From Veleropilina oligotropha (lineage: Eukaryota), in the NCBI GenBank assembly GCA_048128005.1, contig JBEUKZ010000107.1, positions 496,001-560,000 of the forward strand: DNA of 64,000 nt, in the 5' to 3' direction. A program made the position numbers and the translations under genes. The notes beneath the pieces were generated by a model. It made no database searches. It was not told the DNA's origin and worked only from the letters and a program-made list of their open reading frames with translations. Each line of letters begins with the position of its first letter. Within the stretch, counting starts at the first letter, position 1. Below are positions 12,481-23,921 of the stretch, in pieces.

Positions 12481-13765
12481 CTCGGGCCCATCTAATAACC
12501 TTGGTTGAGTGTCTGATCTCGGGCCCATCTAATAACCTTGGTTGAGTGTCCGATCTAGGGCCCATCTAATAACCTTGGTTGAGTGTCCGATCTCGAGCCC
12601 ATCTAATAACCTTGGTTGAGTGTCCGATCTCGGGCCCATTTAATAACCTTGGTTGAGTGTCCGATCTTGGGCCCATCTAATAACCTTGGTTGAGGGTCCG
12701 ATCTCGGGCCCATCTAATAACCTTGGTCGAGTGTCCAATCTTGGGCCCATCTAATAACCTAGGTTGAGTGTCTGATCTCAAGCCCATCTAATAACCTTGG
12801 TTGATTGTCCGATCTTGGGCCCATCTAATAACCTAGGTTGAGTGTCTGATCTCGGGCCCATCTAATAACCTTGGTTGAGTGTCCGATCTCGGGGCCCAAT
12901 AACCTTGGTTGAGTGTCCGATCTCGGGCCCATCTAATAACCTTGGTTGAGTGTCCGATCTCGGGGGCCCAATAACCTTGGTTGAGTGTCCGATCTCGGGG
13001 CCCAATAACCTTGGTTGAGTGTCCGATCTCGGGGCCCAATAACCTTGGTTGAGTGTCCGATCTTGGGCCCATCTAATAACCTTGGTTGAGTGTCCGATCT
13101 CGGGCCCATCTAATAACCTAAGTTGAGTGTCCGATCTCGGGCCCATCTAATAACCTTGGTTGAGTGTCCGATCTCGGACCCATCTAATAACCTTGGTTGA
13201 GTGTCCGATCTCGGACCCATCTAATAACCTAGGTTGAGTGTCCGATCTCGGACCCATCTAATAACCTTGGTTGAGTGTCCGATCTCGGACCCATCTAATA
13301 ACCTTGGTTGAGTTTACGATCTCGGGCTCATCTAATAACCTTGGTTGAGTGTCCGATCTCGGGCCCATCTAATAACCTTGGTTGAGTGTCCGATCTCGGG
13401 CCCATCTAATAACCTTGGTTGAGTGTCCGATCTCGGACCCATCTAATAACCTTGGTTGAGTGTCTGATCTCGGACCCATCTAATAACCTAGGTTGAGTGT
13501 CCGATCTCGGGCCCATCTAATAACCTCGGTTGAGTGTCTGATCTCGGACCCATCTAATAACCTTGGTTGAGTGTCCGATCTCGGGTCCATCTAATAACCT
13601 TGGTTGAGTGTCCGATCTCGGGTCCATCTAATAACCTTGGTTGAGTGTCTGATCTCGGGCCCATCTAATAACCTTGGTTGAGTGTCCGATCTCGGGCCCA
13701 TCTAATAACCTTGGTTGAGTGTCCGATCTCGGGCCCATCTAATAACCTTGGTTGAGTATCCGATG
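12481..13765. repeat. 37-bp minisatellite (~35 copies, some 34-35-bp variants)
   Basis: Unit ctcgggcccatctaataaccttggttgagtgtccgat. Confidence 0.95.
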
Positions 13766-14026
13766 CTCACCGCAGCGCTAATCACTCACCTGTTGAGTCA
13801 GCTTATAAACAAAGGTAATCTCAAAATGGCACATTCATAATTATGAAGTAAATATATTCGATTTGAAAAATAACTTATTAACAAAATGATGACAATACAT
13901 TATCTGGTTATTGGATAATATAACCTTTCAATTAAATATTGGTGAGACGTGCATTTAAACCATCAATTCATGATTTTTTTGGATGAAAATGTACACACCT
14001 CCTGTGTAGTTATAAAATGTACCCAC

Positions 14027-14234
14027 CTCCTGTGCATCGTGCGCTTTCATTTGATCCACCAAAACTTTCCGTCGTCTTTTCTCTCGCTCTTCTCTTGCAG
14101 ACGCATCTTCATTCAGCCTCTTTCTGATTTTACCGATGTATTCACTGTTTGCCGTGGGGCGAATATAGTCCACCGCTTCGGATATCGGAGCAGGTTCATC
14201 TCTTTTCAGAATGTATTCAACGTCAATCCCATCA
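14027..14234 (-). CDS. SPEF2: SPEF2 exon 7 (EYIGKIRKRLNEDASAREEREKRRRK)
   Basis: ORF 13955..14254; gcAG/GTGGG boundaries; SPEF2 coiled-coil motif. Confidence 0.92.
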
Positions 14235-14584
14235 CTGCAAACAAATAATCGCAACTAAAATAGTTAAAATATCAGAAATCAAGCTATTACGATCCATGTC
14301 ACAAACTGGAAAAATGCACAACGAGGTTCACAACAATGAGGTTATATTGATATAATTATAGTATAATGCATATGGGAATTAATTTAATTCATAGATTAAA
14401 ATTCTGCATATGAAAAGTAACAGGAATTCACGTATTGTTTACTATACACAGAAATCTGGAGAAAAGCATTAACAGGCTAGACAGCAATAGCATAATGAAA
14501 TGTCATCGGTGCAGTCACATATATATGAGGCATTACATAATGTCTACTCATGCACTGGCATTACAACAGTAACTGCAATCTCAC

Positions 14585-14658
14585 CCAGATTCATCGTCAG
14601 TTTTAGTGTGTACTAATTTCATCCGATCTTCAAAAGTAGATATGTCCTCCTTTGTGTA
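14585..14658 (-). CDS. SPEF2: SPEF2 exon 6 (YTKEDISTFEDRMK...)
   Basis: tttaAG/GTGAG boundaries; open frame; supplies the phase 0 to 2 change needed between exons 5 and 7. Confidence 0.75.
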
Positions 14659-14930
14659 CTTAAAAAATATAACATACATTAACTTCAAAATGAAACTTTA
14701 TAGCAACAGTATAATTATTTACCATACTTATTTGTATACATACCAACGATAAATTACTACAAAAGCTATCTATATAGTATTTGGAAGAGGAAAGGTTTAG
14801 TTCTATGATTATTTTGCGTTATCTACTCAGCTACTAATGCGGCTGATTATACAATGTAATACACATGCAGCCTTAAACAGGATAGCAAAATATATAATCA
14901 ACCAGCAAATTGATATACGGTATTACATAC

Positions 14931-15024
14931 TTCTGCTTCCCGCTTCCTCGCCATATCTCGCTTATGCTGTATTCCTTTGTCAGTTTTGTCAGATGGTGGC
15001 TTCGGTATGTGAACGGTGGCGGCT
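14931..15024 (-). CDS. SPEF2: SPEF2 exon 5 (AATVHIPKPPSDKT...RKREAE)
   Basis: ttcAG/GTATG boundaries; resembles the SPEF2 'IQIPKP' segment; phases consistent. Confidence 0.85.
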
Positions 15025-15323
15025 CTGAAACACAGACATTGGCACATGAATTCCTGTTACATGTTCTGTGCTGGGGTTAATATTATATTCTGTCACAGAG
15101 GATTAACGTTGATGGGGTTTATCAAGTGGATCAGGGCTTCCATTCTGTTGCAAAACAGAATGAACAGGACACATAAGGTTTTAAGACCGATCACAAGCAA
15201 TCATAGCCAATCATCAATCGTTCATAACTCATGTGATCACTGACCAAGTTTGAACAGACCTTCCTGGCTTTTTTCCCTAGATAATTTGAAAAGAGTGTTA
15301 AATGGAAAAATAAACTCAACTAG

Positions 15324-15965
15324 AACAAGAGCCCGTTAGAATACGGATTCATCCCCCGCCTTCCACAATCACTCTGATATAAACTTTAACCAAAATTTAT
15401 ATATCCAAACACATCAAGTTTCTTCAATATTTATACAAAATAATATTCAATATCATTGCTAGAGTAAAAGGTGTTATCAATATAAGCATCACCAAAGAAT
15501 ATGTATGCAATTAAATGGAACAGAATGGAAATTCACTCAACTTTACCAAAATTTCAATGTCCACAAACACTGATTTCACACATTATATATATTACAAATC
15601 ACTTGCAGATGAGGGAGCAGCATCACTATAGTCAACACTAAAATATATGGATGTAAAACAGTGCCTAGAACAACCCATATGCCCATTGAAAAATTTGAAC
15701 AAAACTTTAACCAAAATTTCTATGTCCACAAACACGTGTTAAAAAACACGTACATTTATGCAATAATTATATTACATTTTATTCAATCTCACTTCCAGAG
15801 TACCAGGTGTCATCAATATAATGCCTACAAAAGCATATATATACCAAAAAGTATCATGGGCAAGCTATCTACACTCAATTCGAAACTTTAACCCAAATGT
15901 TTACGGACGTAAGGGTGAACATGGCAACAACAATATCCCCCGCTACCTTCGGGCGGGGGATAAAA
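15324..15965 (+). mobile_element. HINE-like element nested in the 5' end of another HINE
   Basis: 5' AACAAGAG...ATCCCCCGC; 3' hairpin TATCCCCCGC-n9-GCGGGGGATA plus A-tract. Confidence 0.65.
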
Positions 15966-18113
15966 ACTATGTTCCCCGGAACATGGGTATGCCCCGGCAT
16001 CATCAATATATTAACTACCAAAGTATGTGTACACAAAAAGCATCTTGATCACCGATATGAACTCCTTTAAAGTATTTTAAACGAAAACTTTTACAAAGTT
16101 TCTATGTCTAAAAACACCAATTTTATGCAATAATTAAATTAAATTTTAGTCACTATCACTGCCATGTGACATCTATATAATAATACCAAAGCATATAAAT
16201 ATATTCCGAATAGAGCCTTCCGCAGCCCATACACATAAACAGGAAAACTTTAACCAGAATTTCTATGTTGAAAAACACAAATTTATTTACAATTACTATA
16301 ATGAATTCAATTTTATTAAATATCACTACCCGGGTCCCAGGTAACATCCATATAATCAATACCAAAGCATACATATGACGAAAAGACCCTTAATAAAAAA
16401 TTTAACTGAAAATTCTAATAAGAATTTCTATCTTAAAAATCACCAATTTATTTGCAATAATTAACTCAATTTTATCAATTATATTCACTGCCAGAGTCTC
16501 AGGTAACATTAATATAATCAATACCAAAGCATACTAGAAAAACTATGTTCCCCGGAACATGGGTATGCCCCGGCATCATCAATATATTAACTACCAAAGT
16601 ATGTGTATACAAAATGCGTCTTGATCACCCATATGAACTCCTTGAAAATATTTTAAACAAAAACTTTCACAAAGTTTCTATGTCTAAAAACACCAATTTT
16701 ATGCAATAATTAAAATAAATTTTAGTCACTATCACTGCCATATGACATCCATATAATAATACCAAAGCATATAAAGATATTCCGAATAGAGCCTAGCGCA
16801 GTCCATAAACATAAACAGGAAAACTTCAACCAGAATTTCTATGTTAAAAAACACAAATTTATTTGCAATTATTATAATGAATTCAATTTTATTAAACATC
16901 ACTACCCGAGTCCCAGGTAACATGAGGTTTTTAATTAAACCTAATATTAGTTAAAACATACTTACGTCCTTACTCTTGCCATAATAGTCATATTATCGCC
17001 AACCGGAAACAGTGAATAAAGTCACATTATGCACTCCTTTTAAGTCAAAACACTACGATCACCTCCCCTGCTCCCCCTCTCCTAAGTTCCCCCAGCGAGA
17101 TCTCGCCAAGTCTCGCGAGACTTCCGAACCATCGAAGTCACAAGACCTCAATTCAAAGTTCAGAACCCCAAAGGAACTTAGTAGAGGGGAGGAATGCGAA
17201 ACGCAGGGTGGGTAATCGTAGTAAGGACGTAAGTATGTTTTAACTAATATTAGGTTTAATTAAAAACCTCATATGTAGTTACAAACATACTTACGTCCTT
17301 ACTCTTGCCAGAATAACCTTGGATAGGTGGGTAAGAAGTTCCTTACAGCAAACCCAAACAAGATAATGACTTACTTTTCACCATTTCAATCAGCATGAAG
17401 CGTCGATTGTGTCCGCCCAGAGTGGAATTTACTGAGTATTATATTCTACTCTTACCAAGCGAGAATTTCGACCAGTGTTACCGGGAGAATACGCCGTGGT
17501 GTTAGTCGGACGAGGTGAAGCAGAAGTGCACTCAGCCCCAGGCACGGCCGGAAGGATTATCCTTGTAGGTCTTACGTGTCATGGACCAGTGGCAGCCAAA
17601 TGGTACTCCGGCCCGTAGGCAGGTAGCCAGAGGAAGCAGTCGGATTTGTAAGCACACGGAACCTTAGTTAGGCTGTGAATATATCAAATCTTAAGCAAAG
17701 AATTAATAGATTATTTATAATAATCGATATTAATAAGTGATTCGCATGACCAACTTGCGAATAGCTAACATGAGTACAACATGTTACTTAAAATAAATTT
17801 TAAGGAAGCAAATATTAAATTTTTTTCAATGTCTTGAACATCGTATGTTCTTTGTAACAGCCTAGAACATCAATAATATTGAACCTCAAAATTCTATAAG
17901 ACGTTTATGCAAAATAATTGTTTATTAAATTCAATGTGAACTGGCTTGTCAAAATACTCAGGTATGACATGAAAGTATCAAAATCTTAAAATGTTTTTAA
18001 GAAATGAACATACATTGAATCGCCTCAGAATGTCTATTTCATAGAATAGCTAGGCATAACAATAGCATTGCATCAGCACAGATTATGTAAATTGATAAAT
18101 CAAGGAACAATAC

Positions 18114-19200
18114 TCACTGATTAGACGACCTCGGTCTAACAATACATCGTTGAGCAGCCACACACTGTAGACTGCTCAAACCGTCAGCACCTGTTGAATA
18201 ATCCCGCAGATAATACTTGACAAAGACATTTGCATTCTTCCAGTAACCTGCTTGAAGCAACGCTGTGATATTTAGACTGTGTCGGAAGGCAATAGACGCA
18301 GCAATTGCACGGACCTCGTGCGCGTGGACCGACAAAGTAGTGCGGTCTACTTCTTCACAGCGGAGGTATACATCTCTCACTACCTGTGAAATCCACCGCG
18401 AAACAGTCGTCTTCGTAATGTCGCGGGTATAAGTTGGTAAATACGAAATGAATAAACGTAATTTTCCCTGCCGCATATCACGGGTCCTGTCGAGGTAGAA
18501 GCGTAGGGCCCGCACAGGGCAGTTTAACCGGTCTACATCGTGCCTTCCGACCAGCGTAAGCTTGGGGATAATAATATCAGGTGCGTCCTCGTTCGGCCGT
18601 TGGTTCTTGGCGAGAAAGCCCAGAATCGGACGCAGCATCACCGACCCGTCTGACTGGAATCGAATATCTCGTAGCTCGGCGGATAAACTATGAATCTCGG
18701 AACAACGCCTGCCCGACGCTAAGGCGATCAGAAAAAACGTTTTGTGCGTTAAGTTCCTCATAGACACCGTGGACATCGGCTCGTACGGGGGTAAGTGTAG
18801 AGCGTTTAGAATGAGAACGATATTCCAGGCAGGTGGCCGTATGGTTCGGGTCGGCATCTCGAGCTCGTAGGATCGTATAAAATCCGAAATCGTTCGGTCG
18901 CTAGATAGGCCAACATGGGCACGACACTGTTTCAACGTGGTCGCGATCGTTGCCCGATAGCCTTTGATGGCGGACACTGACATACCGCGTTCAAAGAGCG
19001 ACGATAAAAACTCGATAAACTTGTTCACAGGGGGGCGGAGAATATTGACCTGCCGGCTGTGACACCAATCCACGTACTTAACCCATCGGTAGTCATAAAC
19101 TGTTGCCGTGGAAAGCCTTCTCGATCGGTAGATGCGTAGGGCTGTTGCGTGAGAAAATCCTTTCTTAGCAAGGGATCGTTCGATAACCGCCAGGCGTGTA
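18114..19200 (-). CDS. DIRS copy A tyrosine recombinase domain (C-terminal part of the 1063-aa ORF)
   Basis: ASGRRCSEI (R), HEVR (HxxR), GYW and FVKYYL (Y) catalytic motifs; start boundary approximate. Confidence 0.85.
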
Positions 19201-21305
19201 AACGTAAGTCGTTCGGCGATGGATGTAGTACACGGGTGCGCGGCTGCATTAACAGGTCCGGTTTCTGCGGGAGCGCTAACGGTCGATCGACGATCAGATC
19301 GAGGAGGGTCGGAAACCAAGGTTGCGTGCGATACAGGGGCGCGATTAGCGTTATCTCGCAACGTTCGTTCGATGCCTTCTGTAATACCAGTGTCAGAATG
19401 CACGACGGGGGGAAGGCATACGCGGACAGATTCTCCCATGTCATTGACAGTGCGTCGACCGCTAGGGCGGCCGGGTCCGGGTACGGGGAGACATACAGCG
19501 GTAGTCGGTGATTGAATTCTGTTGCAAACAGATCGACTAGGGGTTGTGACCACCGGCGACAAACGTCCCGAGCTACTCGGCTGTGTAGCGTCCACTCTGT
19601 GTGTATTATCTGTGATTTCCGAGAGAGCGAATCCGCTCTGACATTCAGCTTTCCCGGGATGTGTCGGGCTCGAATCGTCGAGTTGAGGGACATCACTAGG
19701 CGGTGTAGGTCTATTGCTCGGTCGCAAAGGGGACGCGAGCGAGTGCCGCCCTGGTGCTGGATGTAAGCGACGACAGTCGTGTTGTCCGTGGCGAGCATTA
19801 TGTGCTTGTTGCGGAGATGTGACGAGAGGGACCGTACTGACAGGTAGACGGCTTCTAACTCTAGGAAGTTGATGTGTCGTCCCTGAAGGTCCGTCGGCCA
19901 TAGGCCTGATGTCTCGTAACTGTCGAGGTGACCACCCCAGCCGTCGTTCGAAGCGTCTGTGAACAGGTAAGCGTTCGGCTCTGGCGGGGATATAGGAACC
20001 GACTGGTCCGGCAAAGCAGGGTTCAACCACACTGCTGTCGTGTTGGCAAACCAATGCCGAAGATCGATGCGATCCGTCCACTGCCCCGTCCGTTGTATCC
20101 AGCGATCCCTGAACGCCTGTTGTAACGGTCGTTTGTCCATGCGACCCGTCGGTAGCAGGGTCGCTACCGACTCGATGTGCCCCAGGACAGTGGCCAGTTG
20201 TCGCGCTGTAGTTATGTCCGATGACAGGGTGCCTTGGATAACCGCGCGTAGGTTCCGCATACGTTTCTGGGTCGGTTTCGCGGTCTACCGGACCGTATCG
20301 AAGTCGACTCCGAGGAACGTAAACGTCGTCGAGGGCACGAAGCAGGATTTTGTCTCGTTGATCTGAAATCCCAGGCGCTTCGTCGATGACAGGGTATAGC
20401 TCGTAGACCGGAGGCACATCTCGGGATGCCCCGAGGATCAGCCAGTCGTCGAGGTACATATGTACCCTGTGCCCTAGAGAGTGTAGGAAGGCTCCGAGGG
20501 CCTGTACTGTTCTCGTGAAGACGTACGGGGCTGACGATAGACCGAACGGTAGGCACCTGAATTGATAGATCGTCTCCCCGTGTATAAACCGAAGGTACTG
20601 ATGAGCCGTGATATGCATCGGGACATGCAGATACGCGTCGGTCAGATCGATAGACGCTGCCCAGTCTCCCGGACGGATGGCCGCTCGTATCTTCGAGAGG
20701 GTTTCTTGCTGGAATTTCTCGGTACGAAGATATCGGTTGAGATGCGAGAGATCGAGGATCGGTCGCCAGCGGCCATCGGGTTTCGGGACCAGGAAGAAAT
20801 GGCTGTAAAATCCTGCTGTGCTGGGCGGCGCGGGATATATCGCTCTTTTTAGGAGCAAATCCCGCACTGCCTGGTCTAAGACCGCTTGTTTCTCTCCGTT
20901 TAGGAGGCGAGCGTGTCTTGGTGGTGGTGCCTCGGTTAGGGTCGGATGCCGGTTGAATGCCAACTTGTATCCGGCACTCACGACTACGTGGACCCAGCTG
21001 CTGTCTGTTAGTTCCAACCACGACTGGCTGTACGCTAACAGACACGCTCCCACCGGCGGAAGCGGGCAGCTGGGACCGTCGCAAATGCCGGCAGCCCTAG
21101 GGCCGAGGCTTCCCTCTCCCGCTCTGCTTACGGGGTTTCGCTGGAGGTGCTCGCCTCGTCGGAGTGGGTTTATTGGCCGGAGGCCTACCACCCGAAGAGG
21201 GCTTCGCACGCTTAGAAGGCTTCGGGGTCCGGGTGGGCCCTGAGCGCTTCCTCGAGTCGGCAGGTGGACCCCGGGTAGGGTGCAGTACCGCCTTCTCGAT
21301 GGCAC
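19025..21305 (-). pseudogene. DIRS copy A RT/RNase H/methyltransferase-like ORF2, broken by a 2-nt deletion at about 20418
   Basis: YLDD, LPFGLSSAP and FTDAS motifs; copy A reads gcacatctc where copy B reads gcacagatctc. Confidence 0.88.
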
Positions 21306-23921
21306 GGTCCTTCATGTCCGCCGCTCTCTTGTCGACGAACTCCGTAAAGTTGTCGCCAAAAAGAGTGGTGGCCGAGCAAGGCACGCATCGCAACGAGCGC
21401 CGGGTGGCCTCGTCTAGCGAGGTGCCTTCCAGGCAAGCATTCCTACGAAGTAGGAGTGCATTGCCCAGGACACGTCCCGTCTCCAACGCGCTGGTCTCCT
21501 GTGCGGCAGCAACCTCCTGAAGGAAGGACAGGGCAGCCTCGCGGGCGCCGGGTCCTTCCTCCTGTAGTACGGCTATCGCCCCGTCCAGGAAAAAATCCTG
21601 AACGGACGACAACCGCAGAGCCCGTCGGGCGGCGCTCTCGAAAGCTTCCAAGGCGGACCAAGGAACTTTCGCCACGGAGGGAGTGTGACTGGCGGTCAGT
21701 CGACGCAACGCTGCGTCTACATGAGCCGGCTCAGTCGCCAGGCACGGACCAGTACAGACGAACGGGATCGCTCGCGTACTGGCCCGGAGGTACCTCCCAC
21801 TACGGAACCCCGAAGGGAACTCGGTCAGCGGGGAGGACTCCACCGGATTGCGCCCCTGTATGAGCTTGGTCGTCGAGTCGACCACCAGATCGACCAGCCC
21901 AGACTGAGGTAAGGAGGGAAGCACGGGGGCTTCCCTCTCAACAAACCGATGTGCTGCCGTCCTGTGCTTGGCTGAACCTACGGCCGACCGAGTGGCCTCG
22001 TCTAGCGAGGTGCCTTCCAGGCAAGCATTCCTACGAAGTAGGAGTGCATTGCCCAGGACACGTCCCGTCTCCAACGCGCTGGTCTCCTGTGCGGCAGCAA
22101 CCTCCTGAAGGAAGGACAGGGCAGCCTCGCGGGCGCCGGGTCCTTCCTCCTGTAGTACGGCTATCGCCCCGTCCAGGAAAAAATCCTGAACGGACGACAA
22201 CCGCAGAGCCCGTCGGGCGGCGCTCTCGAAAGCTTCCAAGGCGGACCAAGGAACTTTCGCCACGGAGGGAGTGTGACTGGCGGTCAGTCGACGCAACGCT
22301 GCGTCTACATGAGCCGGCTCAGTCGCCAGGCACGGACCAGTACAGACGAACGGGATCGCTCGCGTACTGGCCCGGAGGTACCTCCCACTACGGAACCCCG
22401 AAGGGAACTCGGTCAGCGGGGAGTACTCCACCGGATTGCGCCCCTGTATGAGCTTGGTCGTCGAGTCGACCACCAGATCGACCAGCCCAGACTGAGGTAA
22501 GGAGGGAAGCACGGGGGCTTCCCTCTCAACAAACCGATGTGCTGCCGTCCTGTGCTTGGCTGAACCTACGGCAGGCCAAGCACCCCGCGAAGTGACGCAA
22601 CGGCGTCGAGCCTTCGGCGGGTGGAGGAGGTCGGCTCCTGCGTGCCTGAAAGACTTGCGTCTTCGGGCCCGACCGATTCAGGGAGGTCGGAGTGATTTGA
22701 ACCGAGGTCCTCGTCGGAACGAGGGTCGATCTCCATCACGGAGGCAGGAGCCGTGCTCTGCGCCAGGGGCAGATATGTAGGTACCAGGCGCGGCTGGGGA
22801 GCCGTCGGCCAGGCCTTACATTGTTCCTCGAACCCCGCCGCGATCCATGCCTGGACGTTCTCCAAAGAGAAACCCTGAGGCAGGACGGGCGTCGAACTAA
22901 CAGCCGGTAGTTCTGTCGAGGATACCGTGGCGCTAGGTAGACGGGCTGCACGGACAGGTGGTCCCGAGAACCAGGGTCTCGGGTCACGTGTCGAGCAGTC
23001 GAACCCGAACGACTGGCCCGAAGGCGCAGTCAGTGGGCCGGACGACCGGTAGGACTGCGGCAACAGTCCGTATCGGTCTACCGCTCTGTTCGCGAGAGGC
23101 ACGGTCGGAAAACCGCCGTAGAACCCCTCACCGAACGCAACCGGTCTGTCCACGTTATCTAGCGTGACCATCATGGGTGCACGGGAGAGAACGGGCCCTC
23201 TGAAAACATCGTGAGCTCCGAGGTTGAGCGGAAAAACGCGAGGGTTAGTCGCGTCGGTCTCGGACGAGGTTTCAGGCGTCGCCAATTGTCCGGATCTTAG
23301 ACCATCGTAATGGTGTCCGGCCTCTTTAAAGGCTTTCTCATTGGGTTGCTCTCCGTCGTTAAACGGAGAGTTTCCCGCAGAAGGACTAACGTTCCCCGTA
23401 TTCTTCGAGGCCGAAGAAAAGGAAGGGGATTGTCTGCCCTGTTCAGCGGTTCGCCGCACTGCCAGATATACCTTGCTAGCCGGCAAGGTATGGTTGGCTG
23501 CAGTTACTAGGCCCGTTTGAGGAGGATCGAACAGCACTCGGGCTTTTATTCTCCTACCTGAATCTGGGGTCCCGGCAAGGTTTCGGCGACTCCCCCATGA
23601 GTCGCGGAGGTTTCGCCGGTAGATCCGGCGACAGACGGTTTATTGGTCGACTGTCGTCCAGCGTCCCTGAAGTAGACAAAAAAAAAACGTTAATTCCCTT
23701 TAACCTACCATTTTGTCCCTTCTCCGGGGGAGAACCCACCGTGGTAACCGCTCTGGTCGGCTTCACTGGTGGAAATAAGATCGCCCACTGCCTCTCTGTT
23801 AAAACTAGGCACAGTTCACATTTATAAACTTACAGCAGTTACGGTGAACACGGCATTCCGTGTGCGTATCAAATTCCGTGAATCTTCGTTGGTTACACCC
23901 GGAGCTACTGCACCGGACCAT
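21097..23921 (-). pseudogene. DIRS copy A gag-like ORF1, disrupted (frameshifts, 588-bp internal duplication, 19-bp deletion)
   Basis: Fragments in ORFs 23805..24035, 23554..23766, 22566..23537 and 21097..22512 are colinear with the intact copy B gag. Confidence 0.85.

Noticed and set aside
17365..17400. Possible hammerhead ribozyme in the DIRS 3' block (minus strand CTGATTGA...GAAA)
   Set aside because: The core has an extra base relative to CUGANGA and stems I-III could not be built; an Infernal search would settle it
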